From Candidatus Omnitrophota bacterium (lineage in GTDB: Bacteria > Omnitrophota > Omnitrophia > Omnitrophales > JACQLI01), in NCBI GenBank assembly GCA_016179745.1, contig JACPCP010000015.1, positions 45,608 to 109,607 of the forward strand: DNA of 64,000 bases, given 5' to 3'. How positions within the stretch are numbered: position 1 is the first letter of the stretch; every line of letters begins with the position of its first letter. The notes under the pieces are model-generated. The model made no database searches and was not told the origin of the DNA. It was given only the letters and a program-made list of their open reading frames with translations. Shown piece after piece: positions 28,357 through 37,665 of the stretch. Position numbers and translations under genes: made by a program.

Positions 28357-29214
28357 ATGCAAGCGCCTGCCACGAGGAAAATCCGGGTGGGGCACAGCCC
28401 CGATGCTGATGACGCCTTCATGTTTTATGCCCTCGCCAAGGAGAAGATCCCAACCGATGGTTTCGAGATTGAGCATGTCATTGAGGACATCGAGAGCTTG
28501 AACTGCCGGGCCTTTCAAGCCGATCTCGAGGTCACGGCCCTTTCCTGCCACGCCTTTGCCCATCTGACAGACCGCTATCAATTGCTTCCCTACGGGGCAA
28601 GCGTGGGCGAGAATTACGGACCGGTGCTCGTTTCAAAAAGAGATCCATCCAGACCGGTCGATCTGAAAGGATCACGGATCGCCGTGCCGGGCCGATACAC
28701 CACTGCCTTTCTGGTCCTTCAAATTTATGAGCCGGGCTTCACGCCGGTTTTTGTCCCCTTTGATGAAATTTTTTCAGCCCTCGAGAAGGGAGCGGCGGAT
28801 TTTGGCCTTTTGATTCACGAGGGCCAGCTGACTTACTCAGAGAAGGGGTTCCGGAAAATTCTTGATTTGGGCGAGTGGTGGTTTAAAGAATTCAAGCTTC
28901 CGCTCCCGCTTGGAATCAATGCGATTCGCCGGGATTTGGGAGAGGAGACGATCCTGGGTTTCAGCCGGCTCTTTAAACGGAGCCTTGATTACGCCCTGGC
29001 CCACCGCCGGGAGGCGATGGGTTACGCTTTGGAATTCGGGAGGGGGATGGGCCCCGGACGGGGAGACCGTTTCGTGGGGATGTATGTGAACGATTACTCG
29101 CTCGACCTCGGCAAAAAAGGGAGAGAAGCCCTTCGCCTTCTCCTGAATCTAGGTTCGGAGAAGGGTCTTCTCCCTCGCTCGTTGGAAGTTGAGCGGCTTG
29201 AATTGATTCTTTAA
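28357..29214 (+). CDS. MqnA/MqnD-family (PF02621-like) menaquinone-via-futalosine biosynthesis protein
   Basis: IRVGHSPDADDAFMFYAL... and a periplasmic-binding-protein-like fold pattern. MqnA and MqnD cannot be separated by eye. Confidence 0.6.
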   Translation: MQAPATRKIRVGHSPDADDAFMFYALAKEKIPTDGFEIEHVIEDIESLNCRAFQADLEVTALSCHAFAHLTDRYQLLPYGASVGENYGPVLVSKRDPSRPVDLKGSRIAVPGRYTTAFLVLQIYEPGFTPVFVPFDEIFSALEKGAADFGLLIHEGQLTYSEKGFRKILDLGEWWFKEFKLPLPLGINAIRRDLGEETILGFSRLFKRSLDYALAHRREAMGYALEFGRGMGPGRGDRFVGMYVNDYSLDLGKKGREALRLLLNLGSEKGLLPRSLEVERLELIL

Positions 29215-29220
29215 GGCAGA

Positions 29221-29252
29221 AACAAAAAGGCCCCCGGAATTATGGGACCTTT
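29221..29252. terminator. Bidirectional hairpin terminator between convergent genes
   Basis: AAAAAGGCCCC-CGGAATTAT-GGGACCTTTTT: an imperfect stem flanked by an A-run and a T-run. Confidence 0.5.
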
Positions 29253-29416
29253 TTGATGATGAAGTAGAGGGCCAGAATCACCGAGAGAACCCCAAGCACG
29301 AGTTGAATTGTGACCTGCGCCACCCCGATCGCCAGAATCGGCGCCAGAACATTCGGAACCACCAAGGCCAATCCGTCGACCAGAAGCACCAGCCGAGCAA
29401 TGAGTTTTAACCCCAT
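29240..29416 (-). CDS. Small hydrophobic membrane protein (58 aa, two predicted TM helices)
   Basis: Not in the ORF track because it is under 60 aa. An AAGGGGGG RBS lies 7 nt upstream of the ATG at 29416. Sequence: MGLKLIARLVLLVDGLALVVPNVLAPILAIGVAQVTIQLVLGVLSVILALYFIIKKVP. It is a better candidate than the overlapping 71-aa ORF 29211-29426. Confidence 0.45.
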   Translation of the reverse strand: MGLKLIARLVLLVDGLALVVPNVLAPILAIGVAQVTIQLVLGVLSVILALYFIIKKVP

Positions 29417-29565
29417 TCTGATTCACCCCCCTTCTTTTTCCTAACCATACTAAACGGCAAGTCCCGGGTTCTTCTCAAGATAAATTTTTCCTGCCGGTTT
29501 TCCGGGGCGGGGAAGGAATCGCTTAACTTCTTTTAAAGCTGAGGGTTACAAGATGGAGGGTCAGG

Positions 29566-30690
29566 CTACAGCTCTAAAATTTTAGGGAGCCGGTTTAAGA
29601 CTCGGCATCCCTGCCGGGTGACGAGGACCATGTCTTCCAGGCGGACCCCGCCGGCATCTTCATAATAAAGGCCGGGTTCCACGGTGACGACCTGCCCGGC
29701 CTTGAGGATGTCCTTGCCGGCGCTGATCCGGGGCGGCTCGTGGATTTCAAGCCCGACGCCGTGTCCTGTGCCATGGAAGAACCCTTGCATTCGGCCGTTC
29801 ATCTCCCCGGTCTTGAAGCCCAACTGCTCGAAACGGCGCTGGATGGCCTCGTGAATCCGGCTGCCGTCGGCGCCGTGCCGGATCGTTCGAAAGGCGATCT
29901 CCTGTCCTTCCCACACGGCGGCAAACATCCTTTTCAGTTTCGGCGAAGCCTTGCCCCGGACCACCGTGCGTGAAAGGTCCGCATAGTAGCGGGTTCTGAT
30001 CGACTGGGGAAAGATGTCCATCACGATCGGCTCGTTCGCCTTCAGCGGTCCCGAGCCTTCGTTGTGAGGATCGACCCCGTCGATTCCCGAGGCCACGATC
30101 GTGTGCTGGGCCACGCAGCCCCGTTCCATCAAACTGAGGTGGATGACCTTTTTGATGTCTTCACTTGTGAGGGGCTTTCCCCGGCGGTAAAGTTTCCCCC
30201 GGCGAATCGTGGAGCGGGCGATGATTTCACAAGCGGCCCGGCAGGCGGCCTCCGTGTGACGGAGCGTAGTTTCAAGGGCCCGCACCTCGGCCGGCGACTT
30301 GACGGTCCTCTTTTCAAAAAAGGGGTCCGGCTTCGGCGTGAGATGAAATCCCCTCTTTCGGAGGGAATCGGCGTAGGCGATCGGGAAGTCGGACGGGACC
30401 CGCAAATTTCGAATCCGTTTTAATTTTAAAAAGTCCTCGATTAAACCGATGAGAGAAGGACGTTCCTTCTTTCGCTTTCGGTAATCGGCGGCGAGTTTGG
30501 AGGTTGAGAGGACCCGGTCTGCCGAGGACTGGGAGCGGGCCCGGTCGACTTCAAGGTCGCTCATGAGAAGGACCTTCTCACCGCCCATCTGGAGAAAGAC
30601 AAAGGGGTCCGGGGCGATGAAACGGGTCGCATAATAAAGATTGGCGTCGCGCTCGCTGGCGGCGATAATCAGGGCGGCCGTCTTTTTCAT
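29566..30690 (-). CDS. M24-family metallopeptidase (Xaa-Pro aminopeptidase / prolidase-like)
   Basis: HGTGHGVGLEIHEPP, EPGLYY and VRLEDMVLVT are pita-bread fold metal-ligand motifs. Confidence 0.85.
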   Translation of the reverse strand: MKKTAALIIAASERDANLYYATRFIAPDPFVFLQMGGEKVLLMSDLEVDRARSQSSADRVLSTSKLAADYRKRKKERPSLIGLIEDFLKLKRIRNLRVPSDFPIAYADSLRKRGFHLTPKPDPFFEKRTVKSPAEVRALETTLRHTEAACRAACEIIARSTIRRGKLYRRGKPLTSEDIKKVIHLSLMERGCVAQHTIVASGIDGVDPHNEGSGPLKANEPIVMDIFPQSIRTRYYADLSRTVVRGKASPKLKRMFAAVWEGQEIAFRTIRHGADGSRIHEAIQRRFEQLGFKTGEMNGRMQGFFHGTGHGVGLEIHEPPRISAGKDILKAGQVVTVEPGLYYEDAGGVRLEDMVLVTRQGCRVLNRLPKILEL

Positions 30691-30750
30691 ATCGGCCCCC
30701 ATTATATGAAAAAACGCTTAACAAGGAACGTTTGTTAAAAGGAGGGTTCC

Positions 30751-31056
30751 ATGGGAGAGTTTGTCAAGGTTGCGAAAAGAGGTGAGATCCCTCAGGACAC
30801 GGGCAAGTGTGTCGAGGTCCAGGGAAAGGAAATCGCACTTTTTAATGTTGGGGGAAAGGTTTGTGCGCTCAAACACGTTTGTCCGCATCAGGGAGGGCCT
30901 TTGGCCGAGGGCGGACTCGATGGAAGTGTAGTGACCTGCCCCTGGCACGGCTGGCAGTTTGATGTGACGACCGGAGTTTGCACTTTCAATGATTCCATCA
31001 GACAAGAAACTTTTAAAGTTAAAGAAGAAGGGGAGGATATTTTTGTCGAAGTTTAA
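30751..31056 (+). CDS. Small Rieske [2Fe-2S] protein (NirD-like)
   Basis: CPHQGGPL ... CPWHGWQF, the Rieske ligand boxes. 101 aa. Confidence 0.85.
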   Translation: MGEFVKVAKRGEIPQDTGKCVEVQGKEIALFNVGGKVCALKHVCPHQGGPLAEGGLDGSVVTCPWHGWQFDVTTGVCTFNDSIRQETFKVKEEGEDIFVEV

Positions 31057-31867
31057 TTCCTGGCCGAGGCGGGTCATCTGCCTGACGGCGGAGACGACCG
31101 AAATCATCTTTGCTCTGGGAGTGGGGGAGCGAATTGTGGGCGTCTCGGGCTACACCGTCCGGCCGCCCGAGGCCCGGCTCAAGGAAAAAGTCGCCGCCTT
31201 CACCTCCGCCCGAATGGACAAAATCCGGGCCCTCGAGCCTGATTTGATCTTTGCCTTCTCGGACCTTCAAAAAGACATTGTCCGGGATCTCACCGAAGAG
31301 GGCTACAACGTCTTCGTGACGAATCAAAGGAGCCTCGAAGAGATCGGCGAAGTCATCATTTCCGTGGGGCGGCTTCTGGGGCTTGAAGGAAAGGCCGAAG
31401 CGCTCTGCGACAAATTTTACGGGGAACTCGACAAACTCGAGAAGAAAGCTTCAGAATTTCCCAAACGGCTTCGGGTCTATTTTGAAGAGTGGGACGACCC
31501 CTTGATTTCTGGGATCGGGTGGGTGGGGGAATTGATCCGGATGCTCGGCGGGGAGGATATTTTTGAAGAACTGGAATCCGGAAAAGTCGCCCGCCAAAGG
31601 CAAGTCGAATCCGCAGAGGTGATCCGCCGAAACCCCGAAGTCATTCTGGCCTCCTGGTGCGGCAAAAAAGTTCAGGTCGAGAAGATCCGGTCCCGGCCCG
31701 GTTGGGACAAAATCGAAGCGGTCAAGCGTCACCAGATTTACGAAATCAAGTCTGTCGACATCCTCCAGCCCGGTCTCTCCCTTTTGGAAGGCGCCCGCCA
31801 AATCTTCGAAATCTTCCAAAACCTCCACCGCCCCCAATCCAAATTTCCCCTTCCCATTCGGGTGTAA
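31043..31867 (+). CDS. Periplasmic-binding-protein type 2 family protein (BtuF/cobalamin- or siderophore-binding-like)
   Basis: RVICLTAETTEIIFALGVGERIVGVSGY ... PDLIFAFS. I chose the TTG at 31043 after a GGGGAGGA RBS. No obvious signal peptide. Confidence 0.65.
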   Translation: MSKFNSWPRRVICLTAETTEIIFALGVGERIVGVSGYTVRPPEARLKEKVAAFTSARMDKIRALEPDLIFAFSDLQKDIVRDLTEEGYNVFVTNQRSLEEIGEVIISVGRLLGLEGKAEALCDKFYGELDKLEKKASEFPKRLRVYFEEWDDPLISGIGWVGELIRMLGGEDIFEELESGKVARQRQVESAEVIRRNPEVILASWCGKKVQVEKIRSRPGWDKIEAVKRHQIYEIKSVDILQPGLSLLEGARQIFEIFQNLHRPQSKFPLPIRV

Positions 31868-31950
31868 CCTCCCCAGCTGGCTCCCCCCGTTAGAGATAAT
31901 TTTTCTCTAGCGGGGTTTACTTGTCCGTTTCCGGTGGGTATACTTCGATT

Positions 31951-32166
31951 ATGGAAATCAACCGAAAACTTATCTGGGACTACGAGTTTGACGAAAAGGA
32001 CCGTGAAAAGGAATCCTTCCGCCGCTGGTATGTGACCCGTGTGCTGACCCAGGGCGGAATTCAAGACATTAGAGATGTCGGAATGAGGACCATTTACGAT
32101 GACCTTCCCCGTCTTTTTCTTCCGAAGCAAATCCGGGGAAGTGAGATACGTTCTTCCCTGGGCTGA
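31951..32166 (+). CDS. Small domain protein of the kind found with, or fused to, AbiEii-type nucleotidyltransferase genes
   Basis: LIWDYEFDEKDREKESFRRWYVTRVLTQGGIQDIRDV matches the pattern LxWDxxxxxxDxxKxxxxxIxRVLxxG as I recall it. A TATACT box lies 6 nt upstream of the ATG. Confidence 0.4.
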   Translation: MEINRKLIWDYEFDEKDREKESFRRWYVTRVLTQGGIQDIRDVGMRTIYDDLPRLFLPKQIRGSEIRSSLG

Positions 32167-32626
32167 GGAGTGTGCGAAACAGCTCGGCTTGAAACTTGAA
32201 GTCCGGAGACAGTCAGTCAGCTTTGCCAACTGCTTTTTCGAATCCGATCGAGGCGAGATCCTCCGGGTTGATTTTGCCCAGGACGCCCCCTTTCGTCTGG
32301 AAAAGACGGCGCTTCAACCGGAACTTCATATTTACATCGACAACCTGACGGACATCGCCTGCAACAAACTTTCCGCCTTGTTTGACAGGGCAGAGGCAAA
32401 AGATTTTGTGGACCTTTATTTTCTTGATCGGGAGTTTCTTCCGTTTAGAGGAATCCTTGAGAAGACGAGGACAAAACATGTGGGTCTTGACGATTATTGG
32501 CTGGCCCAGGCCCTGTTTCGTGTCCGAGAAGTGGAAAAGCTGCCTCGAATGCTGAAGGAAGTGCCCTTGGAAGAGCTCAAGCGATTTTTCCTCGGGCTTG
32601 CGAAAGAAATGATTCGGAAGAATTAG
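32099..32626 (+). CDS. AbiEii/AbiGii (DUF1814) toxin-family C-terminal region lacking the N-terminal nucleotidyltransferase motif. Possibly one frameshifted gene together with 31951-32166.
   Basis: NKLSALFDRAEAKDFVDLYFL is characteristic of AbiEii. No GGTAL...S.D.D motif is present. It overlaps the upstream ORF in the +1 frame at a G4 run (32135-32138). Confidence 0.45.
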   Translation: MTFPVFFFRSKSGEVRYVLPWAEECAKQLGLKLEVRRQSVSFANCFFESDRGEILRVDFAQDAPFRLEKTALQPELHIYIDNLTDIACNKLSALFDRAEAKDFVDLYFLDREFLPFRGILEKTRTKHVGLDDYWLAQALFRVREVEKLPRMLKEVPLEELKRFFLGLAKEMIRKN

Positions 32627-32723
32627 AATTTCTTACCGGCACAATCACAAATTTCCCCTTCCCTTGCAGGCGCAAATCACGTAACCTAGGGGCCGTTTTG
32701 AGTCCCCTCACAAGGAAATCCCG

Positions 32724-33542
32724 GTGAAAAAACTGACACTTGAGGAATTGCCGTCTAAAGCGAAGGAGATCCGGCGAGACATTATCCGGATGCTGGCCGA
32801 GGCCGGTTCCGGACACCCGGGCGGTTCCCTTTCGGCGGCCGATATTTTGACCGTCCTCTATTTTCACCTCATGAATCACGACCCGGCGAACCCCAAATGG
32901 CCCGACCGGGATCGGCTCATTTTAAGCAAGGGACACGGCGCTCCGGTCCTTTATGCCGCTCTCGCCCACGCCGGTTATTTTCCGGCGGAAAAGCTTTTGA
33001 CGCTCCGCAAACTGGGGAGCCCGCTGCAGGGGCACCCGGACATGCGCCGCCTGCCGGGCCTCGAGGCCTCGACCGGTTCCTTGGGGCAGGGACTTTCGAT
33101 CGGGATCGGATACGCCCTGGCCCGGCGCCTCGACAAAAAATCTTATTTTACTTACGTGATTTTAAGCGACGGCGAAACCAACGAAGGGCAGACCTGGGAA
33201 GCGGCTGCGGCGGCGGCCCATCACAAGGTGGACCACCTCATTGCGGTCCTCGATTACAACAAATTCCAGTTGGATGACTCGGTGAAAAAAATCTGTGACA
33301 TGGAACCGATGGCGGAGAAATGGCGGAGCTTCAACTGGCACGTCGAGGAGATTGACGGGCACAACCTTCATCAGATTGCGGCCGCCCTGAGGGAGGCGCA
33401 GGAGGTCCAGGGGAAACCCTGCATGATTATCGCCCACACCGTCAAAGGGAAGGGCGTCTCTTTTATGGAGAACAACAATCACTTTCACGGCGTCGCCCCC
33501 ACAAAAGAAGAAGCGGAGCGGGCCCTTCGGGAGCTGGTGTAA
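32724..33542 (+). CDS. Transketolase, N-terminal (TPP-binding) subunit
   Basis: GSGHPGGSLS, SKGHGAP, LGQGLSIGIG and SDGETNEGQTWEA. GTG start. Confidence 0.9.
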   Translation: MKKLTLEELPSKAKEIRRDIIRMLAEAGSGHPGGSLSAADILTVLYFHLMNHDPANPKWPDRDRLILSKGHGAPVLYAALAHAGYFPAEKLLTLRKLGSPLQGHPDMRRLPGLEASTGSLGQGLSIGIGYALARRLDKKSYFTYVILSDGETNEGQTWEAAAAAAHHKVDHLIAVLDYNKFQLDDSVKKICDMEPMAEKWRSFNWHVEEIDGHNLHQIAAALREAQEVQGKPCMIIAHTVKGKGVSFMENNNHFHGVAPTKEEAERALRELV

Positions 33543-33546
33543 TTCA

Positions 33547-34506
33547 ATGGAAAAAAAATTAGGACCCGCCACCCGGGACGCCTACGGGCAGACATTGGTG
33601 GAGCTTGGCAAAGACAATCCCAATGTCGTCGTTCTCGACGCCGACCTTTCCAAATCGACCAAGACGGCGGCCTTTGGTGAAAAATATCCTGAGCGCTTCT
33701 TTAATATGGGGATCCAGGAGGCAGACATGGTCGGGGTCGCCGCCGGCCTCGCCGCTGCCGGAAAAATCCCGTTTGTTTCGAGCTTTGCCTGCTTCCTGGT
33801 TTGCAAATCCTACGATCAATTGCGAATGGCGGTCGCCTTTCCGGAGCTCAATGTCAAAATCGTGACCTCCCACGGCGGAATCAGCGTGGGGGAGGACGGC
33901 GCTTCGCAGCAATCGATCGAAGACGTCGCCTTGATGACCTCGCTCCCCGGCTTTGCCGTGATGGTCCCCTCCGACGCTGTTCAGACCCGGGCGCTGGTCC
34001 ACGAAGCGGCCCGGCACGTGGGACCGGTTTACATCCGGACCGGACGGCCCAAGACGCCCGTGATTTATCCGGAGAAAACTTCTTTTCAGATCGGGAAGGG
34101 GGTCCGGCTGCGGGAGGGAAAAGACGTGACCTTGATCGCCAACGGGCTCCTTGTCTTTGAGGCGCTGGCCGCTTCGGAACAATTGAAGGCGGAGGGAATC
34201 GAGGCAAGCGTGGTGGATCTTCACACGGTGAAGCCCCTGGACCGGAAGCTTCTCCTCGAAGAAGCGGCCCGCACGCATGCCTTCGTCGTTTCGGAAGAGC
34301 ACCAAATTTGGGGCGGGCTCGGGAGCGCCGTGGCGAGGCTCATTTCCGAAGAGCAGCCGGTCGTGATGGAATTTGTGGCGATCCAGGACACCTATTCCGA
34401 ATCAGGGGCCCCGGACCAGCTCATGGAAAAATACGGCCTCACGGCGCCTTACATTGTGAAGCGGGCGAAGCGGGCCGTGGCGAGAAAAGGCCGGGTTTCC
34501 GTCTAA
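33547..34506 (+). CDS. Transketolase, C-terminal (pyrimidine-binding) subunit
   Basis: FFNMGIQEADMVGVAAGLA and SHGGISVGEDGASQQ. Adjacent to the N-terminal subunit. Confidence 0.9.
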   Translation: MEKKLGPATRDAYGQTLVELGKDNPNVVVLDADLSKSTKTAAFGEKYPERFFNMGIQEADMVGVAAGLAAAGKIPFVSSFACFLVCKSYDQLRMAVAFPELNVKIVTSHGGISVGEDGASQQSIEDVALMTSLPGFAVMVPSDAVQTRALVHEAARHVGPVYIRTGRPKTPVIYPEKTSFQIGKGVRLREGKDVTLIANGLLVFEALAASEQLKAEGIEASVVDLHTVKPLDRKLLLEEAARTHAFVVSEEHQIWGGLGSAVARLISEEQPVVMEFVAIQDTYSESGAPDQLMEKYGLTAPYIVKRAKRAVARKGRVSV

Positions 34507-34529
34507 GCCTGGACCCCGGCAGCGTTAGA

Positions 34530-36302
34530 ATGACATTTCCTTTTAGAAAAATATTCTTCGCTTCCTCTCTTTTAGTTTTCACTCTCCCGGCGCTTGTCTC
34601 CTCCGAAGTGGAACTCGTCGACCCTGTTTCCATCGACCGTGCGGCGAATGCGATGGTGGTCACGGCCGATCCCTATGCGACCGAGGCGGCCCTTGAAATT
34701 CTTGAGGCCGGCGGCAATGCGGTCGATGCAGCCATTGCGGCCCAGTGGGTCCTGAATGTTGTGGAGCCCGAGTCTTCCGGGATCGGAGGCGGCGGATTTT
34801 TCGTTTATTACGATTCCAAATCAAAAGCCATTGTCACCTTTGACGGCCGTGAAAAGGCGCCCGCCCGGGCCGCCCCCAAAATGTTTCTGGACGAAGAAGG
34901 CAACCCCCTTCCCTTTTATCCGGACCGGATTACGGGGGGGCTTCCGGTCGGCGTGCCGGGCACGCTCAAGCTTTTAAAGCGGGTCCACGAGCGTTTCGGA
35001 AGCGGGAATCTCCGATTCGAAAAACTTTTTGCACCGGCGATCGAGTTGGCCGAGGAAGGGGTGCCGGTTTCAAAACGGCTCGCCGAGGCGATTCAGGAAG
35101 AAGAGGGGCGGCTCCGGCAATTCGAGGCCTCACGGAAAATCTTTTTTCATCCGGACGGGAGTCCTCTCCGGAAAGACGACATTCTTGTCCAAAAGGATTT
35201 GGCCCGGACCTTCACGAAAATTGCCGGGGAGGGGATCGGCGCTTTCTACGAGGGGGAAATCGCCCGGGCCCTTGTGAACACCGTGAAATACGCCCCGGTC
35301 CGGCCCGGGTTCCTGGAACGGACGGACCTTGCGTTTTATGAAGCCGTGGAGCGGGACGCCCTTCACGGCACCTACCGGGGCCATGACATTTTCACGATGG
35401 GCCCGCCTTCCTCGGGGGGCGTGGCCCTGATCGAGATCCTGAATATCCTCGAAAACTTCAGCCTGATTTTTTACGGGCCCACGCCGGATTCCTTTCATCT
35501 GGCCATCGAGGCGCAGAAGATGGCCTTTGACGACCGGGCGAGACACCTGGGGGACCCGGATTTCAATAAAATCCCGCTCAAGAAACTTCTCTCGAAAGAT
35601 TACGCCAGGAAAAAGGCGCAGTCGATCAAGTTCGAGGAAGTGAAGGAAATGGATTCTCCGGCGGAGGAGGCCTCCCTTTCGGCCCTCGGCAATACGTCCC
35701 ACATTTCCATTCGGGACAGCGCCGGCAATCTTGTCTCCTACACGACGACGATCGAGCATGTCTTCGGCTCTGCGATGGTGGTCGACGGCTGGGGTTTTGT
35801 TCTCAATAACGAACTCACGGATTTTGACGCCGAGCCCGGCTTCGAGGGATTGTCCGGGGTGATGCCCAAGGGCCACGTCCTTGCCTCGGCCGTGCCGAAG
35901 ACCTTGAAGCCCAATGCCCCCGGCCCCGAGAAGCGGCCCCGGAGCAGTATGTGCCCTGTGATTATTTTCAAGAACGGCCAGCCCTTCCTCATTGCCGGCT
36001 CGCCCGGCGGCTCGCTCATCATCCCCGTCGTCCAGGAAATCGTGACCAATTTAATCGACTTCCGCCTGCCGCTCGAGGCCGCCCTTTCAGTGCCCCGCTT
36101 TGCGGCCCGGGGGAGTGCGGTCGAGGTGGAGTCGGATTTTCTGAAGGATTCCGGGGCGATTGATAATTTGAAGCGGCGGGGACACCGTTTTGTCCTTCGG
36201 AAGCCCTTCGGCAATGCCCAGGCCATCGCCTACGAAAAAAACGGCGGGACCTTTGTGGGCGTGAGCGACCCCCGGGGCGACGGCTCGGCCAAGGGCACTT
36301 GA
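34530..36302 (+). CDS. ggt: Gamma-glutamyltransferase, secreted
   Basis: The ATG at 34530 is followed by signal peptide FFASSLLVFTLPALVSS. GNTSHISIRD carries the autoprocessing Thr, and GSPGGSLII is present. Confidence 0.9.
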   Translation: MTFPFRKIFFASSLLVFTLPALVSSEVELVDPVSIDRAANAMVVTADPYATEAALEILEAGGNAVDAAIAAQWVLNVVEPESSGIGGGGFFVYYDSKSKAIVTFDGREKAPARAAPKMFLDEEGNPLPFYPDRITGGLPVGVPGTLKLLKRVHERFGSGNLRFEKLFAPAIELAEEGVPVSKRLAEAIQEEEGRLRQFEASRKIFFHPDGSPLRKDDILVQKDLARTFTKIAGEGIGAFYEGEIARALVNTVKYAPVRPGFLERTDLAFYEAVERDALHGTYRGHDIFTMGPPSSGGVALIEILNILENFSLIFYGPTPDSFHLAIEAQKMAFDDRARHLGDPDFNKIPLKKLLSKDYARKKAQSIKFEEVKEMDSPAEEASLSALGNTSHISIRDSAGNLVSYTTTIEHVFGSAMVVDGWGFVLNNELTDFDAEPGFEGLSGVMPKGHVLASAVPKTLKPNAPGPEKRPRSSMCPVIIFKNGQPFLIAGSPGGSLIIPVVQEIVTNLIDFRLPLEAALSVPRFAARGSAVEVESDFLKDSGAIDNLKRRGHRFVLRKPFGNAQAIAYEKNGGTFVGVSDPRGDGSAKGT

Positions 36303-36321
36303 GAGGTGATAGAATAGGCCC

Positions 36322-37116
36322 GTGAAACCATACCTCGATTTGTTAAAACACATTCTTGCCGCCGGAACGGAGAAAAAAGACCGCACCGGCGTCGGGACGA
36401 TCAGCACCTTCGGCTATCAAATGCGTTTTGATCTCACTCGGGGATTTCCGCTTCTCACGACCAAGAAGATTCATCTGAAATCGGTGATCTACGAACTTTT
36501 GTGGTTTTTGGCCGGCGACACGAACGTGAAATATTTGAAAGATCACGGGGTCACCATTTGGGACGAGTGGGCGGACGAGGACGGCCAGCTCGGGCCGGTC
36601 TACGGAAAGCAATGGCGTTCCTGGGCCGATGCCAAAGGAGGAACGATCGATCAAATCGCCAATGTGGTCGAGAGGATCAAAACAAATCCCGACGACCGGC
36701 GGCTCCTTGTGAGCGCCTGGAACGTGGCCGAGATCGACCAAATGGCGCTCCCGCCCTGCCACTGCCTCTTTCAATTCTACGTTCGGGACGGGGAACTTTC
36801 CTGCCAGCTTTATCAAAGGTCGGCGGACGCCTTCCTCGGCGTCCCCTTCAACATCGCTTCTTATGCCCTTCTCACGCTGATGGTAGCCGGGGTGACGGGG
36901 CTCAAACCGGGAGAATTCATCCACACGTTTGGGGACCTTCACATCTATTTGAATCACCTGGAGGCGGTGCGCCTTCAACTCACCCGTGAGCCCCGTCCGT
37001 TGCCGGGAATGGTCCTCAACCCCGAAGTCAAAGACATCTTCAGTTTTCATTATGAAGATTTCCGGCTCGAAAATTACGATCCCCACCCGGCGATCAAGGC
37101 CCCGGTGGCGGTGTAG
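36322..37116 (+). CDS. thyA: Thymidylate synthase (ThyA)
   Basis: [19 protein letters not shown] and GDLHIY. 264 aa, GTG start. Confidence 0.95.
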   Translation: MKPYLDLLKHILAAGTEKKDRTGVGTISTFGYQMRFDLTRGFPLLTTKKIHLKSVIYELLWFLAGDTNVKYLKDHGVTIWDEWADEDGQLGPVYGKQWRSWADAKGGTIDQIANVVERIKTNPDDRRLLVSAWNVAEIDQMALPPCHCLFQFYVRDGELSCQLYQRSADAFLGVPFNIASYALLTLMVAGVTGLKPGEFIHTFGDLHIYLNHLEAVRLQLTREPRPLPGMVLNPEVKDIFSFHYEDFRLENYDPHPAIKAPVAV

Positions 37117-37153
37117 TCCCCGCAGGGGACAGGCACCTTTAGGGGGACAGGCA
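37116..37153 (+). repeat. Intergenic copy of the GGGGACAGGCA element (hairpin GTCCCC-GCA-GGGGAC plus two direct GGGGACAGGCA units)
   Basis: Read directly: GTCCCCGCAGGGGACAGGCACCTTTAGGGGGACAGGCA. Confidence 0.8.
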
Positions 37154-37158
37154 AAATT

Positions 37159-37665
37159 ATGGAAGCTAAACTTTTCCATGTCGTGGCAATAGCAAAGAAC
37201 CGTGTCATTGGCAAAGACGGCAAGCTGCCCTGGCATTTTTCATCCGACCTCAAACATTTCAAAGAGCTGACGTGGGGGAGCACGGTGGTGATGGGCCGAA
37301 AGACCTTTGAGAGCCTCGGGAAACCGCTTCCCGGCCGGCAAAATTTCGTCCTGACCCACGCAAAAGGGGACAGTCCCCTTTGGGGGGACAGGCAGATGGG
37401 GTTGGGAGGTCCGGGCCCGGTGCGTTTCTTTAGATCCTTGGAAGAGGCCCTGGGTGCCGTCGAAACACCCCATTGCTACATCATCGGCGGCGCGGAAATT
37501 TTTAAGCAAACGATTTCCGGGGTCGACGGGATTTACCTCACCTGCATTGATCAAGAATATAAAGGAGACGCTTCTTACCCGGAGATCCCAGATTGTTTTA
37601 AGGAGATGAAACGGGAAATGCTTCAGGAGAATCCAAAACTCGAAGTGATTTATTATGAGAAGTAA
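37159..37665 (+). CDS. folA: Dihydrofolate reductase, carrying an 11-codon in-frame palindromic-element insertion
   Basis: VIGKDGKLPW, VVMGRKTFESLGKPLPGR and YIIGGAEIF. The loop after NFVLTH is about 13 aa longer than in E. coli DHFR. Confidence 0.9.
   Translation: MEAKLFHVVAIAKNRVIGKDGKLPWHFSSDLKHFKELTWGSTVVMGRKTFESLGKPLPGRQNFVLTHAKGDSPLWGDRQMGLGGPGPVRFFRSLEEALGAVETPHCYIIGGAEIFKQTISGVDGIYLTCIDQEYKGDASYPEIPDCFKEMKREMLQENPKLEVIYYEK
37362..37394 (+). repeat. Palindromic element copy inside folA (AAAAGGGGAC-A-GTCCCCTTT followed by GGGGGGACAGGCA)
   Basis: Read directly. It translates in frame as KGDSPLWGDRQ. Confidence 0.85.

Noticed and set aside
29211-29426. 71-aa minus-strand ORF (MNQNGVKTHCSAGASGRR...)
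   Set aside because: It has Gly/Arg/Ser-rich composition and no RBS. An overlapping 58-aa hydrophobic ORF in another frame has a strong RBS and looks like a genuine small membrane protein.
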